From an uncultured virus (IMG/VR IMGVR_UViG_3300017642_000092) (lineage: Duplodnaviria > Heunggongvirae > Uroviricota > Caudoviricetes), in IMG/VR virus record IMGVR_UViG_3300017642_000092: 64,000 bases of DNA, one strand, 5' to 3'. Within the stretch, counting starts at the first letter, position 1; every line of letters begins with the position of its first letter. Made by a program: the position numbers and the translations under genes. Below the pieces are notes generated by a model, which had not been told where the DNA came from, did not search any database, and was given only the letters and a program-made list of their open reading frames with translations. Shown here piece after piece: positions 38,807 through 48,181 of the stretch.

Positions 38807-39185
38807 TTTGCAGCGCCTTTTCAAGCTCGGAGAGAAGCTGCTCTTTGCCAGCTTCCTCCGCAGGAGCGATGTGCGGTCTTGCCTCCACACGGCCGCCGCC
38901 GCGTTTTGCGTGCCCATGCTCCAGAAGATGCGCAAGCTGGTACCGATTTTTGGAGTGGACCACAAGGTCCAGACTGCTGGAATTCTCCGACACCTTCGTG
39001 ACCGTCCAGCTCTTTTTGTAGGCACCGGTGTCTACAGGCGCGTTTGTCTGTATCTGCTTTTTTACCGTATTCCCGGCATCCCGGATCGCCTGCTTCATAT
39101 CGTCGGTGGCGACAGAGGCATATTCCGTCAGGTCTTTCATGATGGCGTCGGCCATTCCGTCGATGCTGACCATATCCTTTGACAC
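38796..39185 (-). CDS. HK97 gp10-family protein
   Basis: APVDTG, HLLEHGHAKRGGGRV and PHIAPA motifs. Confidence 0.88.
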   Translation of the reverse strand: MSKDMVSIDGMADAIMKDLTEYASVATDDMKQAIRDAGNTVKKQIQTNAPVDTGAYKKSWTVTKVSENSSSLDLVVHSKNRYQLAHLLEHGHAKRGGGRVEARPHIAPAEEAGKEQLLSELEKALQNDA

Positions 39186-39190
39186 AGGCG

Positions 39191-39523
39191 TCACCTCTTT
39201 TCCAGCTTGCAATTAAATTTCAGACTATTCCGTTTGTAACCCATCGGATTAACATACACGATGTCGTAAATCCTGCCCTGTGTGAGAATCCGGTATTTGG
39301 TGGACTCCACGGCGGCAAGTTCGCTGCACCAGCGTGTGGTGAAGTCCATGGATTCCTCCGGATTCACCGTAGCCGCGCCGCTTGATTCCGTACCCGTTCC
39401 GGTTCCGACCGTGGCATGGCAGGTGAAGTAATCCTCCCAGGTGTTTTTATGGTTGCCGACCTCATCGGTTACGACCGTATTCTTCTGGAAGGTAACCTCC
39501 ACATTCAGCGCCGCGATATCCAT
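39191..39523 (-). CDS. Head-tail adaptor (head closure)
   Basis: DEVGN...W, F..RW and YDI motifs, plus position. Confidence 0.82.
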   Translation of the reverse strand: MDIAALNVEVTFQKNTVVTDEVGNHKNTWEDYFTCHATVGTGTGTESSGAATVNPEESMDFTTRWCSELAAVESTKYRILTQGRIYDIVYVNPMGYKRNSLKFNCKLEKR

Positions 39524-39798
39524 CAGAACGCTTCCTCCCTGATGCCGAACAAAAGAGCACGGAGGGTGAGCTGAAGCGCCCGGTGATTGGCTTCCTCCCG
39601 GTGCTCATAAAGGTAAGCGACCGTATACAGAACGGCGATACGGGTAATCGCCGCGTTTTCGTTGAGCGTGGCGTCGTCTGCTCTGGCCACATCCCGGCAC
39701 ATCTGCATGGCTGTGGAAAGAAGGTCAGAAATCAGGCCGTCCTCATCGCCGGATTCCACACGCAGATAGTTTTTTGCTTCTTCCAATGTTACTGGCAT
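39523..39798 (-). CDS. Head-tail connector (gp6-like)
   Basis: TLEEAKNYLRV and YLYEHRE motifs. Confidence 0.88.
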   Translation of the reverse strand: MPVTLEEAKNYLRVESGDEDGLISDLLSTAMQMCRDVARADDATLNENAAITRIAVLYTVAYLYEHREEANHRALQLTLRALLFGIREEAF

Positions 39799-39859
39799 AG
39801 AATCACCTCCAAAGAGAGGCCGCCTGCCGGGAAACAAATCTCAGCAGGCGGCATTTTGT

Positions 39860-41044
39860 TTAAGAGCCCATTTTCATGAGCTGGATGCCTTCGGGCAGGA
39901 TGACTTTGCCGTCAACACGCTCGGTGGCGATAAAGCCCACCTGACCGTTACCGGCATAAAGCTCAATGAGCTTCTGGACGGTTCTTCCGGTGCGGTCGGC
40001 GATCCAATAGTTATGAAAGTCGCCAAAAGCAATAGGCAAAGCGCCGGCGGCAGGTTCCGGGGCATAAGGGCTGGTGTAGAGATCATAGCCGAGCAGCTTA
40101 TCCGGCTGATTTGCCTGCACACTCGGCTGCCAGAGATACGCGCCGTTGTTGTCCTTCAGCTTGCGGATTGCTGAGACGGTCGTGTCCTTCATAAAGAACT
40201 TCGCGTTCTTACGATAGGGAGCCTTAAGAGCGTAAATGAGGTCGAGAAGGTTATCCAGCGTAATGGCTGTGGCGCTGCCCGCAGTGACACCGACATGACC
40301 ACCGTTCGTGGCGTTGAAGATGCCGGTCGGCTGACCGGTGCCAGTGCCGATGCAGAAGGCTTCCTCTTCAGCCGCGCCGAAAGCACGCGCAAACTCCTGC
40401 ACGATATAGGCTTCCAGATCGAAATAGGAGTCCTGCAGGAGCTCAACACTGACTTTGACAAGATCGGTTAGCTTGAAGGAATCAACGGTCTTCTGATCGA
40501 AAGTGGGGTTGCTTTCCGTGTATGCTGCGTTTTCCAAAGTCCACTGAGCAATGGAATGCGTGGCTGCGATGGGAATCTTGCGTTCGGCGGAGGTTGTGAT
40601 TACCTTCGCGATGGAACGAATCACGTTCGTCTCCTCAAGGCCGGTGACGATCTGGTTCTCGAATTCCTCCGGGACGAGATAGCCGCCGTCCACATCGGGG
40701 GAGGTACTGAGAACATTGTGAAGAACAGGCTTTCCGCGAAGAATGCAGGCGAAGTCCTCCTTGTAGGCGTCGGATGCACGGCCGGTCTTTTCCCTGACCG
40801 CGCCGGACGGCTTTTCGGTGATCGGAGAACTTACAGCCTTGGCGAGTTCCGCGTCACGGGCTTCGATGCGCTCCAAACGGGCGATCTCCTTGGTGTACTC
40901 GTCGATCTCCTTGTCCATACGGTTGTAGATGGCGTCGTCCTCAGCGGAAAGAGTGCCGCGTTCGGTGCGATGGGTTTCGAGAAAAGCTTTCGTGGCGTCC
41001 CACGCTTTTGCGCGCTTGTCGCGCATTTCGATAAGTTTACTCAT
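39860..41044 (-). CDS. Major capsid protein, HK97 family
   Basis: GGYLVPEEF, SVELLQDS, G.GQPTGI, YLWQP and FGDF motifs. Confidence 0.95.
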   Translation of the reverse strand: MSKLIEMRDKRAKAWDATKAFLETHRTERGTLSAEDDAIYNRMDKEIDEYTKEIARLERIEARDAELAKAVSSPITEKPSGAVREKTGRASDAYKEDFACILRGKPVLHNVLSTSPDVDGGYLVPEEFENQIVTGLEETNVIRSIAKVITTSAERKIPIAATHSIAQWTLENAAYTESNPTFDQKTVDSFKLTDLVKVSVELLQDSYFDLEAYIVQEFARAFGAAEEEAFCIGTGTGQPTGIFNATNGGHVGVTAGSATAITLDNLLDLIYALKAPYRKNAKFFMKDTTVSAIRKLKDNNGAYLWQPSVQANQPDKLLGYDLYTSPYAPEPAAGALPIAFGDFHNYWIADRTGRTVQKLIELYAGNGQVGFIATERVDGKVILPEGIQLMKMGS

Positions 41045-41061
41045 AACAAAACTCCTCCTTG

Positions 41062-41796
41062 TTATACGTGAAATCTTTTGTTGTTGAGCTGCTCCAGATA
41101 TGCATCTACGGAGTGCTCTTGGGTTTCGGGCTTCTGCTGAATCCGGCACTTAGCGGCGATCTTGTCCATCAGGGAATTGGTGATCGCGGCCTGAGAGTAG
41201 AGCATGGACACTTCGGGCGCGTCAAGCTCGTCATCGTTGCCGGCGCGTTTCATAATCTCGTCGGCGAAACCGAGCTCGACAGCCTTGTTGGCGTCCATCC
41301 ACGTCTCGGCGTCCATGAGGTGCGAGATCTTCGCACGGGACATATTGGTTTTGATTTCATAGGCGTTGATGATGCTTTCCTTAACCTCCGCCAGCATTTC
41401 GATGGCTTTTTGCATTTCTTCGGAATTGCCCATCGCCACCGTCATGGGGTTATGAATCATGAGCATTGACACCGGCGATACAAGCACTTTTGTGCCGGCC
41501 ATAGCAACGACGGAAGCAGCAGAAGCCGCGATTCCGTCGATCTTGACCGTGACGTTGCCCTTGTAATCCATGAGCAGGTTGTAAATCTGTGCCGCAGCAA
41601 CGCAGTCACCGCCCGGAGAGTTAATCCAGACGGTGATATCTCCACTGCCGGACATGAGCTCGTCTTTGAAAAGTTGCGGGGTCACTTCGTCGTCAAACCA
41701 GCTTTCCTCCGCGATGGTGCCGTTCAGAAACAGCGTTCTTTCCGCCGGAGTTGTCTCCGTCGCCGCCTGATTCTTCCACTTCCAGAACTTCTTCAT
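41062..41796 (-). CDS. ClpP-type prohead maturation protease
   Basis: INSPGG, GIAASAAS, MIHNP, ETWM and GFAD motifs. Confidence 0.93.
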   Translation of the reverse strand: MKKFWKWKNQAATETTPAERTLFLNGTIAEESWFDDEVTPQLFKDELMSGSGDITVWINSPGGDCVAAAQIYNLLMDYKGNVTVKIDGIAASAASVVAMAGTKVLVSPVSMLMIHNPMTVAMGNSEEMQKAIEMLAEVKESIINAYEIKTNMSRAKISHLMDAETWMDANKAVELGFADEIMKRAGNDDELDAPEVSMLYSQAAITNSLMDKIAAKCRIQQKPETQEHSVDAYLEQLNNKRFHV

Positions 41797-43060
41797 CGGA
41801 ATTTTTCTCCTTTCCGTCGTCGTTTGAGGTATTTGCAAAAGCGCCCGCGTCCTTCAGCGGGAGCATATTGCCGTTGATAAGGTACAGGTCGCCGCCGTCC
41901 TCTGTGGGAATGCGGTCGAGGTTTTCCAACTCACGAATGTCGTTTGCGGACATCCAGCCGTTCTGCCTGCCTACGGCGTACCCGTTCATGCGGCTCTGAT
42001 AATCGCCGCGCAGGAGCCCGTCCACATTGAATTTCACGAAATACCGCTTTTTCTCTTCAGGCGAGAGGAGCGTGCGCATGATGGACTGCTCCCAGCGGGC
42101 CACCCAAGGGTCCAGCGTGTATTTCACGAACTCCAGCGACTGCTGCTCAATATTAGAAAAGCTCGACTTCTCAAGGTCGCCCACCATGTGCGGCGGAACC
42201 CTGAAAATTCGAGCTATTTCATCAATCTGGAACTTTCGCGTTTCCAGAAACTGCGCCTGTTCGGGAGAAATCCCGATGGGCGTATATTTCATGCCTTCTT
42301 CCAGCACGGCGATCTTGTTTGCGTTGCCGCTACCGCCGAACTGCGACTGCCATGCCTCGCGAACCTTGGTCGGGTCCTTAATGGTTCCCGGATGCTCCAG
42401 CACGCCGCCCGGAGCCGCGCCGTTAGCGAAGAATTTCGCGCCATATTCCTCACAGGCAATCGCCATGCCGATGGCGTTTTTTGCCATAGCGATGGGCGAA
42501 TAACCGACTAGTCCATCGAAGCCGAGGCCCGGAATGTGCAGCACATCGGACGGCTTCAGAAGGACCGTATTGGTTTTCATCGTTTTTGCTTCATCTGTGG
42601 AGTGCTGGTAGGTGTAATAAAGCTGCCCGTTCGCGTCGCGGTCGACCGTCATCTTGTTCGGCATCAGAGGATACAGCGCTATAATCTCGCCACGTCCGTT
42701 CCGAATGATCTGTGCATAGGCGTTGCCCCAGAGCAGCAGGTGCGTCATGAGCGTCTCCCGAAACACGAAGGAACTCATCTCCGGGTTCGGCTCGTCATGG
42801 AGCAGCAGGTACAGCGGGTGGTCAACGGCTTTTTCTTTGCCACCATCCTCCTTGTAGCGGTACATATGAATTGGTAAACCGGCGATGGCTTCAGCCAGAA
42901 TACGGACGCAGCAGTAAACGGCCGTCATCTGCATAGCGGACCGTTCCGTCACAGCTTTGCCGGAGGTCGAGCCGCCGAAGAAAAAGCGGTAGCCGCTGCC
43001 GGCCGTGCTGTCCCTGATAGGCTTGTCCCGCGCTTTGAAAATGCCTGAAAATATGCTCAT
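41693..43060 (-). CDS. Phage portal protein, HK97 family
   Basis: AVYCCVRILAE, PNPEM, LLWGNAY, QFLETRKF and IARIFRVPP motifs. Confidence 0.95.
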   Translation of the reverse strand: MSIFSGIFKARDKPIRDSTAGSGYRFFFGGSTSGKAVTERSAMQMTAVYCCVRILAEAIAGLPIHMYRYKEDGGKEKAVDHPLYLLLHDEPNPEMSSFVFRETLMTHLLLWGNAYAQIIRNGRGEIIALYPLMPNKMTVDRDANGQLYYTYQHSTDEAKTMKTNTVLLKPSDVLHIPGLGFDGLVGYSPIAMAKNAIGMAIACEEYGAKFFANGAAPGGVLEHPGTIKDPTKVREAWQSQFGGSGNANKIAVLEEGMKYTPIGISPEQAQFLETRKFQIDEIARIFRVPPHMVGDLEKSSFSNIEQQSLEFVKYTLDPWVARWEQSIMRTLLSPEEKKRYFVKFNVDGLLRGDYQSRMNGYAVGRQNGWMSANDIRELENLDRIPTEDGGDLYLINGNMLPLKDAGAFANTSNDDGKEKNSDEEVLEVEESGGDGDNSGGKNAVSERHHRGGKLV

Positions 43061-43108
43061 GGGCAATTACTCCCTTCAAAAAATGCAGCCATGTGGCTGC
43101 TTTACTTC

Positions 43109-43173
43109 TTGACATTACCTCCAATCGGATGCATAATAATTGCATCCAGATGGATGTAAAAAGATTGGAGGTA
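43109..43173 (+). promoter_or_regulatory. Sigma-A promoter and operators of the XRE moron
   Basis: TTGACA(43109)-17-CATAAT. CATCC-N4-GGATG palindrome at 43143-43156, with a variant in the spacer. Confidence 0.7.
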
Positions 43174-43179
43174 TTCAAT

Positions 43180-43530
43180 ATGGAAAATTTCAGCTTAGAC
43201 GGATTTCAGCTTATTCATCTGAACAATGACTGCATATTGCATGAGCGCCGGGTAGTCCTCGGGCTGACACAGAAGCAGGTGGCGGAGAAAGCAAAGATCC
43301 CGCTGCAAAGCTATCAGCGTTTTGAAAGCGGAGACCGTAATATAAAAACAGCCTCATTCCAGGTTGCCTGCCGCGTCATTGAGGCCCTGGAAATGAACAT
43401 CTCCGATTTCTACCACGGGGAATACATTCTCGGCGAGAAACTTCGTGACTCCAAGGAGGGGCTGCGTTACGAAAAAACCGGAAAACTTATTACCGAGGAT
43501 GTTGTGGAGAAACCGCAATCAGATAAATAA
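43180..43530 (+). CDS. XRE-family HTH protein (moron, antisense between terL and portal)
   Basis: LTQKQVAEKAKIPLQSYQRFESG motif with GGAGGT RBS. Confidence 0.85.
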   Translation: MENFSLDGFQLIHLNNDCILHERRVVLGLTQKQVAEKAKIPLQSYQRFESGDRNIKTASFQVACRVIEALEMNISDFYHGEYILGEKLRDSKEGLRYEKTGKLITEDVVEKPQSDK

Positions 43531-45120
43531 AATGCCTCGGTCGTCATAGACCGAAGCGCCAGTATCATTGCCACAGCGGATCGCTCTGTCGAGAGCCATG
43601 ATAGTCGCTACAGCGCCGTCAATTTTCTCCGTGGATTTTTCCTTATCGGCCTTGATGTTTCCAGCAGGGTCGGTGCGGATGAAGATGTTGTCCATCATCC
43701 AACGGAGCACCGGCTGACCGCCATGCGCCAGTTTCTGTTCCAGCGTCAGCTTCATGAGCTCTTTGGTCGGTGGCGACATATCCTTGAAGCCTTGCCCGAA
43801 GGGAACGACGGTAAAGCCCATGCCCTCAAGGTTCTGCACCATCTGCACAGCGCCCCAGCGGTCGAACGCGATCTCGCGGATGTTGTAGCGGGTGCCGAGC
43901 TCTTCAATGAAGTTCTCGATGAAGCCGTAATGGACCACGTTGCCTTCGGTCGTCTGCAGATAGCCCTGCTGTTTCCACAGATCGTAATTGACATGATCCC
44001 GTTTGACGCGGAGGTCCACGTTTTCCTCCGGTATCCAGAAGAACGGTAAAATACTGTATTTGTCCTCCTCATCCACAGGTGGGAACACCAGTACAAACGC
44101 TGTAATATCCGTAGTGGAGGAAAGGTCCAGCCCACCGTAGCAGACGCGGCCCTCCAGCGACTTTGGGTCGACCGGGAAGGCGCAGGCGTCCCATTTCTCC
44201 ATCGGCATCCAGCGCACCGCCTGTTTGACCCACTGGTTCAGGCGAAGTTGACGGAAGGCGTTCTCCTCGGCGGGATTCTGGCGGGCCGATTCACAGGCAT
44301 CGCGCACTTTATCAATACCGACCGTAATGCCGAGCGACGGGTTTGCTTTTTTCCAGACCTTCGGGTCGGTCCAGTCGTCGTCCAGATCGGCACCATAAAT
44401 GACCGGATAGAATGTGGAATCGTGCTTCCGGCCTTCGAGAATATCCTTTGCTTTTTCATGGACCTCCCAGCAGATGCTGTTCTGATTGTCCCCGGCCGTG
44501 GTGATAAGAAAATACAACGGCTGCATCCGGGCATCGCCGGAGCCTTTTGTCATGACGTCGTAGAGCTTCCGATTCGGCTGGGTGTGCAGCTCATCGAAGA
44601 TCACGCCGTGAGTATTGAAGCCGTGCTTATTCGCCACATCCGCCGAGAGCACCTGATAAAAGCTGCTGGTCGGCTGATAGATGAGGCGCTTTTTAGAGTC
44701 AAGAATTTTCACCCGCTTAGAGAGCGCCGGGCACATGCGGACCATATCGGCGGCGACATTGAAAACGATGGACGCCTGATTGTGGTCGGCGGCACAGCCG
44801 TAGACCTCGGCACGCTCCTCACCATCGCCGCAGGTGAGCAGAAGTGCGATAGCCGCAGCCAGCTCGCTCTTGCCCATTTTCTTGGGAATTTCCACATAGG
44901 CGGTGTTGAACTGCCGGTAGCCATTGGATTTCAGAACGCCGAACACGTCCCGGACGATCTGTTCCTGCCAGTCAATAAGCTCGAAAGGCTCCTGGTACCA
45001 CTGGCCCTTGGTGTGACGCAAGCTTTCAATGAAGCTGACGGCATAGTTGGCGGAATCTTTGTCGTAGTAGGAATCCTTCGCCATGAATTTGGTTGGCGTG
45101 TATTTTTTGAGCTTTCGTAT
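43519..45120 (-). CDS. terL: Terminase large subunit (probable ATA start)
   Basis: PKKMGKS Walker A, FDELH, ITTAG, GLDLS and KIDG motifs. Confidence 0.95.
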   Translation of the reverse strand: MRKLKKYTPTKFMAKDSYYDKDSANYAVSFIESLRHTKGQWYQEPFELIDWQEQIVRDVFGVLKSNGYRQFNTAYVEIPKKMGKSELAAAIALLLTCGDGEERAEVYGCAADHNQASIVFNVAADMVRMCPALSKRVKILDSKKRLIYQPTSSFYQVLSADVANKHGFNTHGVIFDELHTQPNRKLYDVMTKGSGDARMQPLYFLITTAGDNQNSICWEVHEKAKDILEGRKHDSTFYPVIYGADLDDDWTDPKVWKKANPSLGITVGIDKVRDACESARQNPAEENAFRQLRLNQWVKQAVRWMPMEKWDACAFPVDPKSLEGRVCYGGLDLSSTTDITAFVLVFPPVDEEDKYSILPFFWIPEENVDLRVKRDHVNYDLWKQQGYLQTTEGNVVHYGFIENFIEELGTRYNIREIAFDRWGAVQMVQNLEGMGFTVVPFGQGFKDMSPPTKELMKLTLEQKLAHGGQPVLRWMMDNIFIRTDPAGNIKADKEKSTEKIDGAVATIMALDRAIRCGNDTGASVYDDRGILFI

Positions 45121-45229
45121 ATGCCGTCGCCTCCTTTCCACAGACATGAAAAAAGACTGTCGAAGCAGTCCATACAAGATTTGTTGACAACGAGAGACAG
45201 GGCCTTCCGGCCCAGACTCCCGGCTGCGT

Positions 45230-45454
45230 TCAGTTGTAATCCTTCATCAGAATGGCAAGCGCGGTCGAGGTGTTTTCGTCGGCGGGCTCTATGTCCCAGC
45301 CCCGGTCATAGTTGCAAACCGTCTCACCGTTCCGCTTCAGCGTCAACTTGGAAATGCGGCCCTCGTCGATGCCGTACTGCGAACCCTCGTCGTAGTGCTT
45401 GACCCAGTAATGAAAAATGTCGCTGCCGAGCTTGATGCTTCCCTCTGACCACAT
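45230..45454 (-). CDS. Small conserved phage hypothetical protein
   Basis: YGIDEGRISKL..YDRGWD motif with AAGGAGG RBS. Confidence 0.75.
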   Translation of the reverse strand: MWSEGSIKLGSDIFHYWVKHYDEGSQYGIDEGRISKLTLKRNGETVCNYDRGWDIEPADENTSTALAILMKDYN

Positions 45455-45467
45455 GGCTGCCGCCTCC

Positions 45468-45647
45468 TTAAAATTTCCTGATTGTTGCGTTGTCGTCGGC
45501 GTCGAAGCTCACGGTGTAGCGAACCTCGCTGCCGTCCGGCTTGCGGGTGATCACCCGGATGTCGCCTTCAAAAGCTCTGTAGCCGCGGTTGATTTTCTCG
45601 TCCTTCGGAAGTTGGCTCTGAATTTGCTTCATCTGTTTTTCGGTCAT
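45468..45647 (-). CDS. Small hypothetical moron protein
   Basis: Has its own promoter and a GAAAGGGG RBS. Confidence 0.6.
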   Translation of the reverse strand: MTEKQMKQIQSQLPKDEKINRGYRAFEGDIRVITRKPDGSEVRYTVSFDADDNATIRKF

Positions 45648-45758
45648 TGTGGTGTACCCCTTTCGTTTTGGTAGGTACATATATCACTCTGAGACCCTGT
45701 AATAGCAAGCAATTCAGGCGATATATAGTACACAAATCTCAACGGGAGAAAGTGTGTA

Positions 45759-45932
45759 TTACTCACCGGTCAGAATGAAGCGGGCATATTCCTTTTTGTG
45801 CTCCTCCAGGAAGAGGACCAGCTCATAGAAGCCACGGTCGTAGGCCATGCGCTGGACCCGATCGGTATCAAACATGTTCGTTTCGCCGGTGTCGCGGATG
45901 GCGAGAATCTGCTCTCTGAGCTTGTCAGTCAT
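45759..45932 (-). CDS. DUF5049-like protein
   Basis: QILAIRDTGETNMFD...YARFILTG motif. Confidence 0.75.
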   Translation of the reverse strand: MTDKLREQILAIRDTGETNMFDTDRVQRMAYDRGFYELVLFLEEHKKEYARFILTGE

Positions 45933-46155
45933 GGCAATCACCGAGCTTTCGGCAGGAATCGACGCCGTAGACCACGTTCAGCCCGGAGCCGTTGTCCCAG
46001 TTCACCAGCATGGAGCCGGTGTCATCGACTCCGTACACGGTGCCTTTGGTGCCGATTGGCGGAGCCTGTACGTCGTCCATCCGCACAAGCTCCACACGGG
46101 TCCCGGCCGGGTAAGTTTCCCGGAGGTGCGCCAGCAGTTTTTTATTCATCAGCAT
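45925..46155 (-). CDS. DUF4314-like protein
   Basis: YPAGTRVELVRMDD.QAPP.GTKGTV..VDD.G..V.WDNGS motif. Confidence 0.8.
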   Translation of the reverse strand: MLMNKKLLAHLRETYPAGTRVELVRMDDVQAPPIGTKGTVYGVDDTGSMLVNWDNGSGLNVVYGVDSCRKLGDCHD

Positions 46156-46816
46156 CGGGAGCGCCTCCTTTGAATGCGGAGGAACCGGTCAGGTTCTTCA
46201 GCAGGATTTTTCGGTCGGCCTTGTACTCGGCCCCGATGAAACCAAGCCGCAGGAGAAAACAGCGGAAGGCGTACTTGTCGTTGTCGACCGCCTTGTCCTT
46301 CGCCGTGACATGCTTCTGGGTTTTGGCCATGCCGCAGAGCTTACCGATGAATTTGGCGTAGGCACTGGTCTCCTCTGGCGTTGGGAAACCCGCGAACCAC
46401 GGGAAGGAAATCTTGTCGTCCTCAACTGTGATTGTCAGGTTCTCCGCACCCAGCGCCTTTTTGATGAGGGTCGCTTTACTTTCGACCAGATGGTTCAGAT
46501 TGACAATGGAGTCATCAGTGAAGCCGTCCTTTGGCACCGAAATTGTAAGGCTCTCCGGGGCGTCGACTTCTTCGGTTGCGGCCTCCGTGTCGTCGTCGGC
46601 GGCGGTGAAGCCGTCCGCAATCAGGTCGTGGGCAATCCGCTCGGCTTTGGCGTCGTCCTCGCAGATGAGGGTGCCTTCCTTGTCGACCGTGATGTCACCG
46701 ATTTCGTAGGCGCAGGTCGGCATCTTCATGTATACCGGCTTAATTTGCAGGATGTTTCCGATTGCCTTAACCAGTTCCTTGCGCTGTTCGCCTGTTACGT
46801 TGTAGTTGATTTTCAT
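46142..46816 (-). CDS. Conserved phage 'virulence-related' protein
   Basis: NDKYAFRCFLLRLGFIG.EYK..RKILL.NL.GSSAF motif. Confidence 0.75.
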   Translation of the reverse strand: MKINYNVTGEQRKELVKAIGNILQIKPVYMKMPTCAYEIGDITVDKEGTLICEDDAKAERIAHDLIADGFTAADDDTEAATEEVDAPESLTISVPKDGFTDDSIVNLNHLVESKATLIKKALGAENLTITVEDDKISFPWFAGFPTPEETSAYAKFIGKLCGMAKTQKHVTAKDKAVDNDKYAFRCFLLRLGFIGAEYKADRKILLKNLTGSSAFKGGAPDADE

Positions 46817-46933
46817 GGGATTTGACCACCTTTCTTCATTTTGGTAGTCACATATATCACTCTAAAGCTGTGGAATAGCAAGTCATTACCAAACTGATTA
46901 TCTGACAAACTGTAGGCGGATTTTTTGTGTAGA

Positions 46934-48178
46934 TTATGATGCGGCGGCTTCTGTGGCAAGCTCGGAATAAGCTCGCTTCTCGCCATCACGGATGAGGTAC
47001 ACACTATCCGCATTTCCGACCTGCTCGATATACCGATTTACAATGACGTCGCAGTATTTTTCGTCGAGCTCGATCATATCGCAGACGCGGCCGGTCTGCT
47101 CGCAAGCGATGAGTGTGGAGCCGCTGCCGCCGAAGGGATCGAGCACAATGCAGTTCGACATACTGGAGTTGAGAATCGCATAGGCCAGCATGGCGACCGG
47201 CTTCATGGTCGGGTGGTTGGCGTTTTTCTTGGGCTTGTCGAATTCCCAGATGGTGGACTGCTTCCGGTCGGAGTACCATTCATGCTTGCCGGATTTCTTC
47301 CAGCCGAACAGGATCGGTTCATGCTGCCACTGATACGGCGAGCGGCCGAGGACCAGCGACTGTTTCTTCCAGATGCAGGTGCCGGACAAATAAAAACCGG
47401 CATCCGAGAAGGCCCTGCGGAAGTTCAGCCCTTCGGTGTCGGCATGGAATACATAGATGGAGGCGTCCTGCGCCATTGCCTTTTCTGTATTGGCGAAGGC
47501 ATCGAACAGGAACTGATAGAATTTGTCGTCCGCCATGTTGTCATTTTGGATCTTCCCGGCGTTGCCTTCGTAGTTCACGTTATAGGGCGGGTCGGTCACC
47601 GTGAGGTTTGCGAGCTTTCCGTCCATCAGCAGGGTGAAAGTGTCCGCCTTGGTACTGTCGCTGCAGACGAGGCGGTGATTGCCGAGCAGCCACAGGTCAC
47701 CGAGCTTCGTGATGACGGGCTTCTTTAGTTCCTCGTCAACGTCGAAGTCGTCCTCATGGACATTTTCGGCCGCGCCGGACAGCTTGTTCAGTTCCGCGTC
47801 GGTGAAGCCAAGCAAAGAAACATCAAAGGCATCGGCCTGCAGATCGGACAGCTCGACTGCGAGCATTTCATCGTCCCAGCCTGCGTTCATGGCGAGACGA
47901 TTGTCCGCGAGGATATAAGCGCGTTTCTGCGCTTCGGTCAGATTCTCCGCAAACACGCAGGGAACGGTGGTATAGCCTTCTTCCTTGGCGGCGGCCACAC
48001 GGCCGTGCCCGGCGATGATGTTGTAATCGCTGTCGATGATTACGGGAGAGACAAAACCAAACTCCCGGAGACTGGCACGGAGCTGCACGATCTGCTCCTT
48101 GTTGTGCGTCCGCGCATTTCTGGCGTAGGGTACCAGCTTGCCTATATCCACTTTTTCAAAGCGTTCTGTATTCGCCAT
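46934..48178 (-). CDS. ParB-like domain plus N4/N6 DNA methyltransferase
   Basis: PYARNARTH, IIAGHGR, TDPPYN, HPTMKP and DPFGGSGS motifs. Confidence 0.92.
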   Translation of the reverse strand: MANTERFEKVDIGKLVPYARNARTHNKEQIVQLRASLREFGFVSPVIIDSDYNIIAGHGRVAAAKEEGYTTVPCVFAENLTEAQKRAYILADNRLAMNAGWDDEMLAVELSDLQADAFDVSLLGFTDAELNKLSGAAENVHEDDFDVDEELKKPVITKLGDLWLLGNHRLVCSDSTKADTFTLLMDGKLANLTVTDPPYNVNYEGNAGKIQNDNMADDKFYQFLFDAFANTEKAMAQDASIYVFHADTEGLNFRRAFSDAGFYLSGTCIWKKQSLVLGRSPYQWQHEPILFGWKKSGKHEWYSDRKQSTIWEFDKPKKNANHPTMKPVAMLAYAILNSSMSNCIVLDPFGGSGSTLIACEQTGRVCDMIELDEKYCDVIVNRYIEQVGNADSVYLIRDGEKRAYSELATEAAAS

Positions 48179-48181
48179 TGG

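Noticed and set aside
41693..41796. 104-bp overlap of the portal and Clp protease genes
   Set aside because: A low-complexity portal tail overlapping the next gene is common in this phage group.
44248..45402. 384-aa plus-strand ORF (likewise 34828..35907, 35956..37038, 2222..3184 and 3805..4749)
   Set aside because: Antisense to well-supported genes, as expected from codon bias in GC-rich coding DNA.
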